From Chrysomallon squamiferum (Eukaryota > Animalia > Mollusca), in NCBI GenBank assembly GCA_012295275.1, contig CM022669.1, forward strand, positions 6,200,001 through 6,264,000: a stretch of 64,000 nt of DNA. The letters run 5' to 3'. The notes below the pieces were generated by a model. That model ran no database searches and had not been told where the DNA came from. It was given only the letters and a program-made list of their open reading frames with translations. A program made the position numbers and the translations under genes. Positions 63,265-64,000 of the stretch are shown here, piece by piece. Position 1 is the first letter of the stretch. Each line of letters starts with the position of its first letter.

Positions 63265-63758
63265 TCTGTTATTGTTGTCGTTCTTGTTTTGTTAATGTTT
63301 ATTAAATTCATCTTTTTCCCCACCTCTTCCGCTAATTTTATTCTAGTTTTTTTCTTTCTTCTCCTTCCATCACGCTCTGAGTCCACTCACTCTCCATTAG
63401 ACCACTCTAAGTAGTTACACCTGGCGAACGCTGACCATTAGCTTTTCTCGAACTTCCTACAGGTGTAACAGTACACCAGCATGACTGACATCTGAGATCA
63501 GCCGTACGACAACAACATCAACATAACAACGTCCACCTGCTGCCTTGTCGCGGTCGTTCGATGGACATCTTCAGACTGCCACTCAAACGGTAATGATATC
63601 TGCATGGTACTGAGTATCCATGAATAACATTCCGCCCGAGGTACGAAACGTCGCGCGTTCAGTTCCTCGTAACAGAAAGTTTATTTATTTATTTATTATC
63701 AAGTATCACCTTCATCATAAGTTACACTGTTGTGTGACTGTATATATATATATATAAA

Positions 63759-63791
<33 letters not shown>

Positions 63792-64000
63792 ATGTATAGA
63801 TAGGTAGATAGATAGATAGATTGAGATAAAAAACAAAAGAAACAGAAAAAAAAAAATAATAATATATCTTATATTTGTTTGTGTGATTGTATATAATATA
63901 TACATGTATATATGTATATATGTTTGTGTTGTGTTTGTATGTGTGTATCCATACGTTTGTAGTGTATATGTTTCTATGTATGTATGTTTAAATTTATTTT

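Noticed and set aside
63026-63386. Poly-Leu, poly-Tyr and poly-Ile ORFs
   Set aside because: Translations of the (ATC)n(ATT)n microsatellite.
63410-63670. Candidate first (signal-peptide) exon of the Cys-rich gene
   Set aside because: The ATG-initiated minus-strand frames I checked stop before any phase-1 donor and lack a clear signal peptide.

Overview
AT-rich, microsatellite-rich animal genomic DNA with GT-AG introns; invertebrate and mollusc-like, though the taxon is an inference. Left to right: (1) two decayed tandem copies of a hedgehog-related gene (signal peptide, ~30-aa six-Cys peptide, Hint/Hog domain) on the minus strand, ~2.8-11.3 kb; (2) a 7-exon TM6SF1/2-like gene (minus, 15051-19462) with a 1-nt frameshift in exon 1 as assembled; (3) MRPL24 (plus, 20676-41974), head-to-head with TM6SF, whose 19.3-kb intron holds a Sola2-like transposon relic and an intact, intronless, same-strand adenosine kinase whose splice acceptor is in frame with the first MRPL24 coding exon; (4) a 14-exon, ~1073-aa SUGP1 (minus, 43138-53250); (5) the last three exons of an unrecognised Cys-rich, probably secreted protein (minus, 56835-60370). 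The TM6SF-MRPL24-SUGP1 cluster echoes a vertebrate paralogon. Two GC-rich intronic segments look like structured RNAs. Exon boundaries were read by hand and checked for phase compatibility; no database searches were run.
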